43,697 nt of DNA from Solirubrobacterales bacterium (GCA_019239375.1 JAFAZZ010000049.1:1-43697), one strand, 5' to 3'. Positions 16,797-25,234 are shown, counted from the stretch's first letter. Notes: generated by a model from the letters alone, not told the origin. Numbers and translations are program-made.

Positions 16797-18919
16797 GCGA
16801 TCCAGCGGTGGAGACCGAGCAGGCCACGGCGACCGACGGGCGCGCGGCCCTCGCCGAGCTAGCCGACGCTTCGCTGTACCTCAACCGCGAGCTGTCCTGG
16901 CTCGACTTCAACGATCGGGTGCTCCAGCTAGCCGAGGACGAGTCGCTGCCGTTGATGGAGCGCGTGAAGTTCCTGGCCATCTTCACGACGAACCTGGACG
17001 AGTTCTTCATGGTCCGGGTGGCCGGGGTGCACGATCAGCTCGACGCACGCATCGATGCCCGCGGACCGGACGGACTCTCTCCGCCCCAAGTCCTGGCCGG
17101 AATCGCCGAACGGGTGACCGAGCTCGATCGTCGGCACGCGCGCCAATTCAGCGAGGTGGTCCGGCCCGAGCTGGCCGAGCACGGCATCCGGATCGTCAAC
17201 TGCGAGCAGTCGACGGCTCCCCCCGAGCTGATGGCGCGCCACTTCCGCGAGCAGATCTTCCCCGTGCTGACCCCGCTGGCCATCGGGCCGGGACGCCCCT
17301 TCCCCTACATCTCGAACCTATCGCTCAGCCTGATCGTCCGGCTGCACGACCCCGACCTCGATCACGAGGTATTCGCGCGGGTGAAGGTGCCCAAGGAGGT
17401 CCTGCCGCGGTTCGTGGAGATCTCGCAGGACACCTTCATTCCCCTCGAGGAGATCATCTCCCGCCATCTCGACGCCTTGTTCCCGGGCATGGAGATCATC
17501 AGCTGCGACCTGTTCCGGGTCACCCGCGACGCTGATTTCGAGGTCTCCGATGAGGCGGACGACCTGTTGCAGGCGGTCGAGGACGAGCTCAGGCGCCGGC
17601 GGTTCGGCGAGGTGGTCCGGCTCGAGATCGGCGCGGGCATGGATCCGGCGCTGCGTGCGCGGCTGATCGACTGGCTCGGGGTCGACGAGGTGCAGGTCTA
17701 CGACGTCGAGGGCATGCTCGACCTCTCGGACCTCTGGCAGATCGCCGGGCTCGAGGGACATGCGGAGATCCGCCAGCAGCCTTGGACCCCCCTGACCCAC
17801 CCGGCCTTCCAGCCCGGCCCGGGCAACCAGGACGACCAGCCCGACGTGTTTGCCCCCATGCGCACCCGCGATGTCCTGGTCCATTACCCCTACCACTCAT
17901 TCGCCACCAGCGTCGAGCGATTCGTCAAGCAGGCCGTCGACGACCCGAACGTGCTGGCCATCAAGATGACCGTGTACCGCACCTCCGACGACTCCGCGCT
18001 CGTCCCCACGCTGATCGAGGCGGCCGAGAAGGGCAAGCAGGCGGTCTGCCTGGTGGAACTCAAGGCGCGCTTCGAGGAGCGCCAGAACATCGGCTGGGCG
18101 CGAGCCCTCGAGGAGGTGGGCGCGCACGTCGTGCACGGCATCCCGGGGCTGAAGACGCACGCCAAGGCGATCCTGGTGGTGCGGCGTGAGCGCGGTGGCG
18201 TGCGTCACTACGTGATGATCGGAACCGGCAACTTCCACGCCAAGAACGCGCGGCTATACGAGGACTTCGGCCTTTTCACCACCGATCGCGAGCTGGGCCA
18301 GGAGGTCGCCAACCTGTTCAACACGCTGACGGGCTATGGTCATCCGGCCCGCGAGCGCAAGATCCTGGTGGCGCCGAACTCGATGCGCGAGCCGCTGATC
18401 GAGGAAGTCGAGCGCACGATCGCCGCGCACGAGGCGGGTGAGCCGGCCCGGATCGCGATGAAGATGAACGCTCTCGTGGATCAACGGGTCATCGAGGCGC
18501 TGTATCGCGCGTCCCGTGCCGGAGTGCCGATCGATCTGAACGTGCGCGGGATCTGCTGCCTGATCCCGGGGCTCCCCGGGGTGAGCGAGACGATCACCGT
18601 GGTGTCGGTGGTCGGTCGGTTCCTCGAGCACTGTCGGATCTACTCGTTCCACCGCGGAGACGAGCGGGTCTACTACATCGGCTCGGCCGATTTGATGCCC
18701 CGCAACCTGGACACCCGGGTGGAGCTGCTCGCACCGGTCGAGGATCCCGAACTCCAAGCCGAGCTCGAGGACACGCTCGAGCGCTGCCTGGCCGATGACA
18801 CGTACGCCTGGACGCTCGATTCAGACGCCGTCTGGACCCGGCGCACTGGTCGCACGCGCTGCGTGCACGGCGAGCTGATGGAGCGCACGGTGGCGCAGGC
18901 GTCGTCGGCCGCGACTTAA
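16793..18919 (+). CDS. ppk1: Polyphosphate kinase 1
   Basis: 'NRELSWLDFN', 'NLDEFFMVRVAG', 'PFPYISNLSL', 'ELKARFEE', 'LKTHAK', 'RFLEHCR', 'SADLMPRNLD.RVE'; ATGA coupling to sixA. Confidence 0.97.
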   Translation: MSDPAVETEQATATDGRAALAELADASLYLNRELSWLDFNDRVLQLAEDESLPLMERVKFLAIFTTNLDEFFMVRVAGVHDQLDARIDARGPDGLSPPQVLAGIAERVTELDRRHARQFSEVVRPELAEHGIRIVNCEQSTAPPELMARHFREQIFPVLTPLAIGPGRPFPYISNLSLSLIVRLHDPDLDHEVFARVKVPKEVLPRFVEISQDTFIPLEEIISRHLDALFPGMEIISCDLFRVTRDADFEVSDEADDLLQAVEDELRRRRFGEVVRLEIGAGMDPALRARLIDWLGVDEVQVYDVEGMLDLSDLWQIAGLEGHAEIRQQPWTPLTHPAFQPGPGNQDDQPDVFAPMRTRDVLVHYPYHSFATSVERFVKQAVDDPNVLAIKMTVYRTSDDSALVPTLIEAAEKGKQAVCLVELKARFEERQNIGWARALEEVGAHVVHGIPGLKTHAKAILVVRRERGGVRHYVMIGTGNFHAKNARLYEDFGLFTTDRELGQEVANLFNTLTGYGHPARERKILVAPNSMREPLIEEVERTIAAHEAGEPARIAMKMNALVDQRVIEALYRASRAGVPIDLNVRGICCLIPGLPGVSETITVVSVVGRFLEHCRIYSFHRGDERVYYIGSADLMPRNLDTRVELLAPVEDPELQAELEDTLERCLADDTYAWTLDSDAVWTRRTGRTRCVHGELMERTVAQASSAAT

Positions 18920-18925
18920 AGGCGA

Positions 18926-18962
18926 CGGCGCGCCACGGGCCGCTCGGCTCCGCGGCGCGCCG
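18926..18962. terminator. Probable bidirectional terminator hairpin between convergent ppk1 and htrA
   Basis: Inverted repeat CGGCGCGCC(ACGG)...(CCGC)GGCGCGCCG; no clear U-tract. Confidence 0.5.
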
Positions 18963-18973
18963 CAACGATCGGC

Positions 18974-20155
18974 TTACGGATTCCCGAACCCGTTGCCGCC
19001 CTGGCCCTGTTGGCTCTGGCTGGCTGCGCTTGCGGGCTGGGCGCCGAGGGTGAGCTTGACCGTCTTGGACTGCCCGCCGCGGTTGACGGTCAGGGTCACG
19101 GTGTCGCCGGGCGCGTAGTTGGCGATCGTGGCCACGAACTGGTTGACCGAAGCGATATGCGTGCCGTTGACGGCCGTGATGATGTCGCCGCCCTGGAGGC
19201 CGGCCTTGGCCGCCGGCGAGCCGGGCTGGATCGGCTGCGAGCCGCTCGTGCTCGCGGTTTTGCCGATCGCTGCGCCGCCGGCGACGGTCGGGTCGAGGCT
19301 CACTCCGACGTAGGCGTTGTGGGCTTGACCGGTAGCGATGATCTCCTTGGCGATCCGGACGTCGCCATTCGACGGGGTGGCGAACCCGACCCCCGAGCTC
19401 GAGCCCTCGCCCTGGCCGTTGGTGTTGTTGGTCTCGATCTGGTCGTTGAGGCCGACGACCTGGCCGGCCGCGTTGATCAGCGGGCCGCCGGAGTTACCCG
19501 GATTGATCGGAGCATCCGTCTGGATCGCGTTCGGGATCGTGAACTGGTTGGGCGCGGTGATCGTGCGGCCCGTGGCGCTGATGATGCCGGCCGTGACTGT
19601 GTTGGGCAGGCCGAACGGGCTGCCGATGGCGATCACGCTGTCGCCCACCTGCACGGCGTTCGAGTCGCCGAACGGGAGCGGTTGAAGCTGCGAAGCCGGG
19701 ACGTTCTGGACCCGGATCACGGCGAGGTCGGCGCCGGTGTCGGAGCCGATCACGGTGGCCGGGGCCTTGGTGCCGTTGGGGAAGGTGACCGTGATCTTTG
19801 CGGCGCCTGACACGACGTGCTGGTCAGTGAGGATGTCGCCCTTCTTGTCGAACACGACGCCGGCGCCCTCGCCCTGAGTCTGCTGGGACTGGCCGAAGCC
19901 AAAGATGCCGCTGGTGTTCTGGCTCGAGGACGTGGTGATGTCGACGACGCCGGGTCCGACCTGGCGGAAAAGCTGGTTGATGGTCTGAGCCTTCCCGTTG
20001 TTGAAGCTGGTGGGCAGCGTCGGCGCGCTCGACGGTTGCACGACCGTCGTGGTGACCGAGTGCGTGGTCGTGCTTCCACTGGCCACGGCGAGGGCGATCG
20101 CGCCGCCGGCAACCGCGCCACCGATAACGGGAAGCAGACGGCTTAGGCGTTTCAT
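18974..20155 (-). CDS. htrA: HtrA/DegP-family S1C serine protease with one PDZ domain
   Basis: Catalytic His 'LTDQHVV', Asp 'DLAVI', Ser 'INPGNSGGPL'; 'IQTDAPIN'; PDZ 'AGLQGGDIITAVNG'; N-terminal signal or anchor; AGGAGA RBS. Confidence 0.95.
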   Translation of the reverse strand: MKRLSRLLPVIGGAVAGGAIALAVASGSTTTHSVTTTVVQPSSAPTLPTSFNNGKAQTINQLFRQVGPGVVDITTSSSQNTSGIFGFGQSQQTQGEGAGVVFDKKGDILTDQHVVSGAAKITVTFPNGTKAPATVIGSDTGADLAVIRVQNVPASQLQPLPFGDSNAVQVGDSVIAIGSPFGLPNTVTAGIISATGRTITAPNQFTIPNAIQTDAPINPGNSGGPLINAAGQVVGLNDQIETNNTNGQGEGSSSGVGFATPSNGDVRIAKEIIATGQAHNAYVGVSLDPTVAGGAAIGKTASTSGSQPIQPGSPAAKAGLQGGDIITAVNGTHIASVNQFVATIANYAPGDTVTLTVNRGGQSKTVKLTLGAQPASAASQSQQGQGGNGFGNP

Positions 20156-20219
20156 GTCTTGTTCGTTCTCCTAGCGGGGCGTGACGATGGTTTCGGTATT
20201 CCCAGTACAGCACGCAGCT

Positions 20220-20258
20220 GTGAGAAACCAGCTAGAAATCGATGAGAGGGCCGTAAGA
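20220..20258 (-). promoter_or_regulatory. Four 11-bp-phased direct-repeat boxes (OmpR/MprA-type) upstream of htrA
   Basis: Minus strand reads TCTTAC-N5-TCTCAT-N5-TCTAGC-N5-TCTCAC; resembles the mycobacterial MprA hexamer TCTCAG-N5-TCTCAG. Confidence 0.7.
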
Positions 20259-20271
20259 GCGCGGTCCGCTC

Positions 20272-21054
20272 TCAGGCGGACGGTGCCGGCGCCGCATACG
20301 GGAGCGGGAGCGTTCCGGGCGCGGGAGTCGGGGCTGTCGGCGGACCCGGAGCGCCATACGGTGCGCCTGCCCCGCCATTCGGGAAGCGCAGGCGCGGCCT
20401 GAGCGCCGGCTTGAACGGCAGGCCCTTCTGGTTGATCGCCGCCGATAGGCGGGTGTGCAGGCGGGCGAGCATCCGCTGCTCCTGGGCGGCCGTGATCACC
20501 TTGCCGGCGACGAGCTTGTCCAGCGCGGCCTTGGCGGCGCTGCTCATCGTCTGCTCGAGGCCGTTCACCGACTTGCCCTTGGCCGCGGCGATTTGGGCCA
20601 GCGACTTGCCGCTCGAGAGCTGCTGGAACAGCTGAGCATCGGTCAGGCCGAGGTAATTCGCGGCCGCGTGCAGCGAGCCAGGGCCGGCCATCAAGCCGAT
20701 CCCGCCACCCAACCGCCCCGGGCCGGGGAAGGCCCTGTGGCCGAATCCGAAGCCCCCGAACGGGAGCGCCGGCGCGGTGCCCTTCTGCTTGAGGCGCTGC
20801 TCGAGCGCGTTGGCCTGGGCCTGCGTCAGCCGCCCGGCATTGACCGCCGCCTGCAACTGGTCGAGGTACGCGCCGTTGAGCGCGGAGCTCAGCTGCTCCG
20901 GGGTTACGTGCAGCCGCTTGGCGATGTCGTTCAGAAACGCCTGTCGCGTTGCGGGACCGGAATTCTGCGTCGCGGCGTAGGCCCCGCCGGCGAACGCCGC
21001 CACGGCCAGCGCGGCTGCGCCGATGACCAGGTTTCGCTTGAGACTGCGATGCAA
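20272..21054 (-). CDS. Secreted helical-repeat hypothetical protein
   Basis: TTG start with GAGGAG RBS; signal peptide ending 'AGGAYA'; two related helical units ('IAKRLHVTPEQL...AVNAGRLTQAQA' / 'AANYLGLTDAQL...LVAGKVITAAQE'); Pro-rich tail. Confidence 0.8.
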   Translation of the reverse strand: MHRSLKRNLVIGAAALAVAAFAGGAYAATQNSGPATRQAFLNDIAKRLHVTPEQLSSALNGAYLDQLQAAVNAGRLTQAQANALEQRLKQKGTAPALPFGGFGFGHRAFPGPGRLGGGIGLMAGPGSLHAAANYLGLTDAQLFQQLSSGKSLAQIAAAKGKSVNGLEQTMSSAAKAALDKLVAGKVITAAQEQRMLARLHTRLSAAINQKGLPFKPALRPRLRFPNGGAGAPYGAPGPPTAPTPAPGTLPLPYAAPAPSA

Positions 21055-21124
21055 CTCTGAGCTCCTCAGCTGGCCGGGCGCTCCGCGGTCGGCGCGCCCG
21101 TGGCGAGGAGCCTGGCAAGCCAGT

Positions 21125-21141
21125 TTGAGAGAACCGTAAGA
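21125..21141 (-). promoter_or_regulatory. Direct-repeat box pair upstream of the 21054 gene
   Basis: Minus strand TCTTAC-N5-TCTCAA; the + strand TGAGAGAACCGTAAGAG differs at only two positions from TGAGAGGGCCGTAAGAG at 20243-59. Confidence 0.65.
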
Positions 21142-21145
21142 GTTG

Positions 21146-22045
21146 TTACGTGGGCCGCCGGCGGGCCTCGAGTATCGCGTTCATTTGGCGCGCCTCGCTG
21201 GCCGGGTCCCGCTTCATGCGTTCGTCGGTCATACGAACGGTCAGGTAGCCGGCGGCGAGCATTTTCGCGTCGCGCCTGCGGTCGCTTTCGAAGTTCTTCC
21301 TGAATCGGTGGAAATGCCAGCTGTCCACCTCGACGATCACGCGCTCCTCCACGAACAGCACATCGACCACGTACCCGTTGAGCGGGACGTTGGTCTGCGG
21401 CGTAGGCAGGCCGTAGCGCTTGGCGAAGGCCACGAAATCGTCTTCGAGCTGCGACCGCGTCAGACCGGAAGTCGCTTCGAGGAAGGGGACGAGCCGGTTG
21501 GTTCCCGGATGGTTTGGATTGCGCTGCAGCACGTCACCTAGGTCCTCCAGGTGCAGGATCTTGGCGTGGCGCCCGTCGTTGACCGCGCGGGTGAGGCGCT
21601 TGTCACTCAGGCGGAGGGAGATGTCGAGCAGCGTACGGGCGGGGCTGGTGACCGGAACGTCAAGCTGGCAGTCGATGTCCACCTCTGTGAGGGTGCGGCT
21701 CCGGTGGACGGTTATGCCGGGGCGCCGGCGGTGCGATGTGGTGACCGTCACCTCGAACGGCACGTCCCAGTACTTGTTAAAGCCCCAGAGGGTCGCTCCC
21801 GAGCCGTGACTGAGCAGGGCGCCCGCGCCACAGGCGAGAACCGCCGCGGCAGCACGCGCGACGGGTGTCGCGTTGACGTGTCCGACGGCGTAGACGCCCG
21901 CGCGGACGGGGATCAGGCGACCGGTCGTGATGCGGTAGTCGACGGCATGCTTGCCCATCCCGAGCGCCAGAAGTTGGTAGCGCGTGACGTACCCGTATTG
22001 CCCGGCCGCTAGTGCCGCAATTGCCTTTTCGACCCGCTCCACCAT
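21146..22045 (-). CDS. AbiEi-type antitoxin-domain / DUF559 (Vsr-like PD-(D/E)xK) protein
   Basis: N-terminal 'IAALAAGQYGYVTRYQLLALG...GVYAVG', 'ALLSHGSGA.LWG', 'PVTSPARTLLD', C-terminal 'VDVLF...VIVEVDSWHFH...DRRRD'; start trimmed to ATG 22045. Confidence 0.85.
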   Translation of the reverse strand: MVERVEKAIAALAAGQYGYVTRYQLLALGMGKHAVDYRITTGRLIPVRAGVYAVGHVNATPVARAAAAVLACGAGALLSHGSGATLWGFNKYWDVPFEVTVTTSHRRRPGITVHRSRTLTEVDIDCQLDVPVTSPARTLLDISLRLSDKRLTRAVNDGRHAKILHLEDLGDVLQRNPNHPGTNRLVPFLEATSGLTRSQLEDDFVAFAKRYGLPTPQTNVPLNGYVVDVLFVEERVIVEVDSWHFHRFRKNFESDRRRDAKMLAAGYLTVRMTDERMKRDPASEARQMNAILEARRRPT

Positions 22046-22047
22046 AG

Positions 22048-22094
22048 GGGTGTGGCGGATTTCCCTCCAATACGGAGGATCTTTCGCCACACCC
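22048..22094. repeat. Palindrome filling the gap between the ligase stop and the AbiEi/DUF559 start
   Basis: GGGTGTGGCG(22048-57)...CGCCACACCC(22085-94) outer arms; inner CCTCC-AATAC-GGAGG. Confidence 0.75.
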
Positions 22095-24053
22095 TCAGGA
22101 GCCGCGGGACGACCGAGATTCTCCCCCCAGCTCGATGAAGTAATCCAGGGCGTTCGGGTTGGCCAGGGACTCCCGAGACGCGGCTTGGTCCGCCGGCGTA
22201 CCCATCAGGATCCGCTTCACGGGAACTTCCAGCACCTTCCCGGACAGGGTTCGGGGCACTTCGTCGATCTGGCGGATGTCGTCCGGAACGTGACGCGGGG
22301 AGCAGTCCTCGCGGATCCGCCGGCGGATCTCCGAAACGAGCGAGTCGTCCAAAGACGCCTCCGCCCGCAGGACCACGAACAGCGGCATCCAGTCGTGGCC
22401 CTCGCGCGGCACGTCGACGACCAGCGCGTCCACCACGTCCTCGACGGCCAGGACTACCCGGTAGATCTCCGACGTCCCCATCCGGACCCCGCCGCGGTTG
22501 ATCGTCGAGTCCGAGCGGCCATAGATCACGGCCGTCTCTCGCGAGGTGATCTCGATCCAGTCGCCGTGGCGCCAGATCCCCGGGTACATCTCGAAATAGC
22601 TCTCCCGGTAGCGCGAGCCGTCGGGATCGCCCCAGAAGTACAAGGGCATCGAGGGCATGGGGCGCGTGATGACCAGCTCGCCGACCTCGTCGACGAGCGG
22701 CCGGCCCTCGGGGTCCCACGCCTCGATCGACGCGCCGAGCGCACGGGCCTGCAGCTCGCCCAGGTACACGGGCAGCGTGGGGACGCCGCCCACGAACGCG
22801 GTGCATAAATCCGTACCGCCCGACGTCGAGAACAGCCAGGTGTCGGAGCCGAGCTGTTCGTAGATCCACTGAAAGCCTTCCGGCGCCAGCGGAGAGCCCG
22901 TCGATCCGACCGCGGTCAGAGCGTCCAGGTTGCGTCCCTCGCAGCGCAGGGTGAGTCCATCCTTCATGCAGCCGGCGATGAACGCGGCGCTCGTGCCGAA
23001 GCAGGTCATCCCGGTATCCGAGGCCAGGTCCCACAGCCGCCCCATGTTCGGATAGCCCGGGTTGCCGTCGAACAGCACGATCGACGCCTCGCTGAGCAGC
23101 ACCCCGACGATGAAGTTCCACATCATCCACCCGGTTGTGGTGAACCAGAACAGTCGGTCGCCGGGCTGGGCGTCCAGGTGCAGGTACGACTTCTTCAGTT
23201 GCTCGAGGAGGATCCCACCCTGGCCGTGGACGATCGGCTTGGGCAGCCCCGTGGTGCCCGAGCTGTACAACACCCAGAGCGGGTGGTCGAACGGCACGGC
23301 GGCAAACTCGAGCGCCTCGGAGGAGCCGAGGAACCCATCGTCCCACCCCGACCCGGACAGGTATCCGAGGCGAACGACGCGCTCGAGCGACGGGAGTTCG
23401 GCGACGATCCGTTCCACCGACCCCGAGCGGTCGAAGTCCTTGCCCCCATAGCGGTACCCGTCGATCGCCAGGAGCACCTTCGGCTCGATCTGCGAAAACC
23501 GGTCGATCACGCTGCGCGCGCCGAACTCCGGGGCCGCCGAAGACCAGACAGCGCCGATCGAGGCACAGGCCAGGAACGCCGCCACCGTCTCGGGGATGTT
23601 TGGCATGTACGCGGCGACCCGATCCCCGGCGCAGACGCCCGAATCGCGCAGCCCGGCCGCAATCGCTGCTGTGTGTGCTCGGAGCTCGCCCCAGGTCCAA
23701 GAGCCCAGCTCCCGCGACTCCGACGCATGCTGGATCGCCAGCTGATCGGCATCCTTGCCCGCGAACGCGTGCTCGGCGTAGGACAACTGCGAACCGGGAA
23801 ACCAGGCCGCCCCCGGCATCACCTCGCTCCCGAGCACGCGATCGCCGCCCTCGGAGAACCGCACCCCCAAAAACTCGGCCAGCGACCCCCAGAATGCCTC
23901 GAGGTCGAACACCGACCAGCGCCACAGGTCGTGGTAGCCCTCGAACTCCAGCCCGCGGGTCTCCCCCAGCCAGCGCTGGTAGCGCGTCACGGTGGCGTGC
24001 TCGATCCGCTCCTCGCTCGGAGTCCACAGGACCTTCGGCTCGGCTACCGCCAC
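22095..24053 (-). CDS. Acetoacetate--CoA ligase (acetoacetyl-CoA synthetase)
   Basis: 'HPLWVLYSSGTTGLPKPIVHGQGG', 'FWFTTTGWMMWN', 'STSGGTD', 'WRHGDW', 'PRTLSGKVLEVPVK'; probable GTG start at 24053. Confidence 0.93.
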   Translation of the reverse strand: MAVAEPKVLWTPSEERIEHATVTRYQRWLGETRGLEFEGYHDLWRWSVFDLEAFWGSLAEFLGVRFSEGGDRVLGSEVMPGAAWFPGSQLSYAEHAFAGKDADQLAIQHASESRELGSWTWGELRAHTAAIAAGLRDSGVCAGDRVAAYMPNIPETVAAFLACASIGAVWSSAAPEFGARSVIDRFSQIEPKVLLAIDGYRYGGKDFDRSGSVERIVAELPSLERVVRLGYLSGSGWDDGFLGSSEALEFAAVPFDHPLWVLYSSGTTGLPKPIVHGQGGILLEQLKKSYLHLDAQPGDRLFWFTTTGWMMWNFIVGVLLSEASIVLFDGNPGYPNMGRLWDLASDTGMTCFGTSAAFIAGCMKDGLTLRCEGRNLDALTAVGSTGSPLAPEGFQWIYEQLGSDTWLFSTSGGTDLCTAFVGGVPTLPVYLGELQARALGASIEAWDPEGRPLVDEVGELVITRPMPSMPLYFWGDPDGSRYRESYFEMYPGIWRHGDWIEITSRETAVIYGRSDSTINRGGVRMGTSEIYRVVLAVEDVVDALVVDVPREGHDWMPLFVVLRAEASLDDSLVSEIRRRIREDCSPRHVPDDIRQIDEVPRTLSGKVLEVPVKRILMGTPADQAASRESLANPNALDYFIELGGESRSSRGS

Positions 24054-24086
24054 CCCGTCAGTATCCCGTAGTAGCGTCCTCGTCGC

Positions 24087-24656
24087 ATGCTTACCGGCCA
24101 CAATCCGAGCCCGCCGGTAACCGCCGACGAGCTCGCCGACATCGTCCTACCCGATCACGAGTGCCACGACGTGCGCCTGGGTGACCTGTGGGGTGACCGG
24201 CCCGCCGCCCTGGTCTGGCTCAGGCACTACGGCTGACTGTATTGCAAGGCGAACGCGATGCAGTTGCATCGTGCCCGGGGGCAGTTCGAGGAGTCCGGCG
24301 GACGGCTTGTCCTGATCGGGCAGGCCACGCCCCGCCACGCCGCCCACTTCCGCCGGCGCCAAGGGATCCAGCTCCCCGTGCTCGCCGACGAGGACCGGAT
24401 CAGCTACAGAGCGGCCGGCGCGAAGGTCGCCGGCGTGCTCGACCTGTGGCACCCCAAGGTGGTGGCGAAGGGGGCGGTGACCGGCCTGCGCGAGAAGACC
24501 GTCCAGGGCCGGACGATCGGCGACACGAACCAGCTCGGTGGCGCGATGGTGATCCGCTCGGACGGGAAGGTCACCTGGTCGCACATGTCGAGCGATGCTG
24601 GCGACAACGCCTCGCCGGAAGACATCCTCGCCGCGCTTCGCGCCGCCGTCGCTTGA
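24087..24656 (+). CDS. Probable selenoprotein: AhpC/TSA (peroxiredoxin-like 2 type) redoxin with UxxC motif, 189 aa
   Basis: ATG 24087 gives MLTGHNP...VRLGDLWGDRPAALVWLRHYG-[TGA 24234-36]-LYCKANA, continuing in frame into the tracked 132-aa ORF (LVLIG..., PVLADEDRISYRAAG, GDTNQLGGAMVI). UGA sits at the first Cys of the RHxGCxxC family motif. Confidence 0.88.
24248..24275 (+). other. Candidate bacterial SECIS hairpin
   Basis: GGC-gaac-GCGATGC-[AGTT]-GCATCGT-GCC; the apical loop starts 25 nt after the UGA and has G at its second position. Confidence 0.6.
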
Positions 24657-24706
24657 CGTTCGCGCGGTGGGCAACACCGTCGAGCCGGGTCAGCGGCTTT
24701 GCGCGT

Positions 24707-25162
24707 TCACTCGCACCGTGCACAGGCGCCGCGCAGCACCACGTCGTGATGCTCGACCCGGGCTCCGAGCCGCTCCGACAAGCTGTCGATCACCTGCTCC
24801 AGCGCGGGGTCGTCGAACGCCACCAGCCGCCCACACTGGTCGCACACGAGGTGGTGGTGGTGCTCGCCGCTCGGATGCGTGCGCTCGAACCGCGCCTGCC
24901 CCGGCCCGACCGCCACCCGCACTACGAGGCCGTGATCGACGAGCAGATCGAGCACGCGGTAGACGCTCGCCCGTCCCGTCGGCTTCCCCTCCGCCCGCAG
25001 CGCGTCCTCGATCTCCACCGCGCTCAGCGCGCATGGCTCCCGGGCGAGCAGTTCGATGACTCGCTGGCGGGCGCCCCCGCGCTTGAGGCCTGCGCGGGCC
25101 AGCACCGCCTGGACGTGGTCGCTCCAAACCGGAGCGTCTGCCATACCCGGAGAGGCTGCCAT
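24707..25162 (-). CDS. zur: Fur-family metalloregulator, probably Zur
   Basis: 'ASVYRVLDLL', 'HHHHLVCDQCG', C-terminal 'CARC'; divergent from a metal ABC importer; start ATG 25162 or 25144. Confidence 0.8.
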   Translation of the reverse strand: MAASPGMADAPVWSDHVQAVLARAGLKRGGARQRVIELLAREPCALSAVEIEDALRAEGKPTGRASVYRVLDLLVDHGLVVRVAVGPGQARFERTHPSGEHHHHLVCDQCGRLVAFDDPALEQVIDSLSERLGARVEHHDVVLRGACARCE

Positions 25163-25204
25163 ATCCGACAGCTTACCCCCGCGCGGCGGCAAGACGAGAA
25201 TAAC

Positions 25205-25234
25205 TCCGAGACTCAGTCTCATTTATGGTAGGTT
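25205..25234. promoter_or_regulatory. Fur/Zur-box-like palindrome next to the ABC operon -10
   Basis: GAGACT-C-AGTCTC (25208-20) followed by ATTT; extended -10 TGgTAGGTT (hexamer 25229-34) six bases before GTG 25241. Confidence 0.7.

Noticed and set aside
21146-22045. Complete type IV toxin-antitoxin (AbiE) system or IS element
   Set aside because: No AbiEii nucleotidyltransferase neighbour, no transposase motifs, and no matching terminal repeat found at the 3' end.
22009-24027. 672-aa alternative-frame ORF and similar long shadow ORFs (8664-10145, 15224-16177, 33651-34646, 40482-41528)
   Set aside because: They overlap well-supported genes, have Arg/Gly/Pro-rich or antisense-type composition and no motifs; expected artefacts of high GC.
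24258-24656. 132-aa ORF as a complete stand-alone gene
   Set aside because: It lacks the redox motif and N-terminal strands; these lie in frame upstream across a single TGA.
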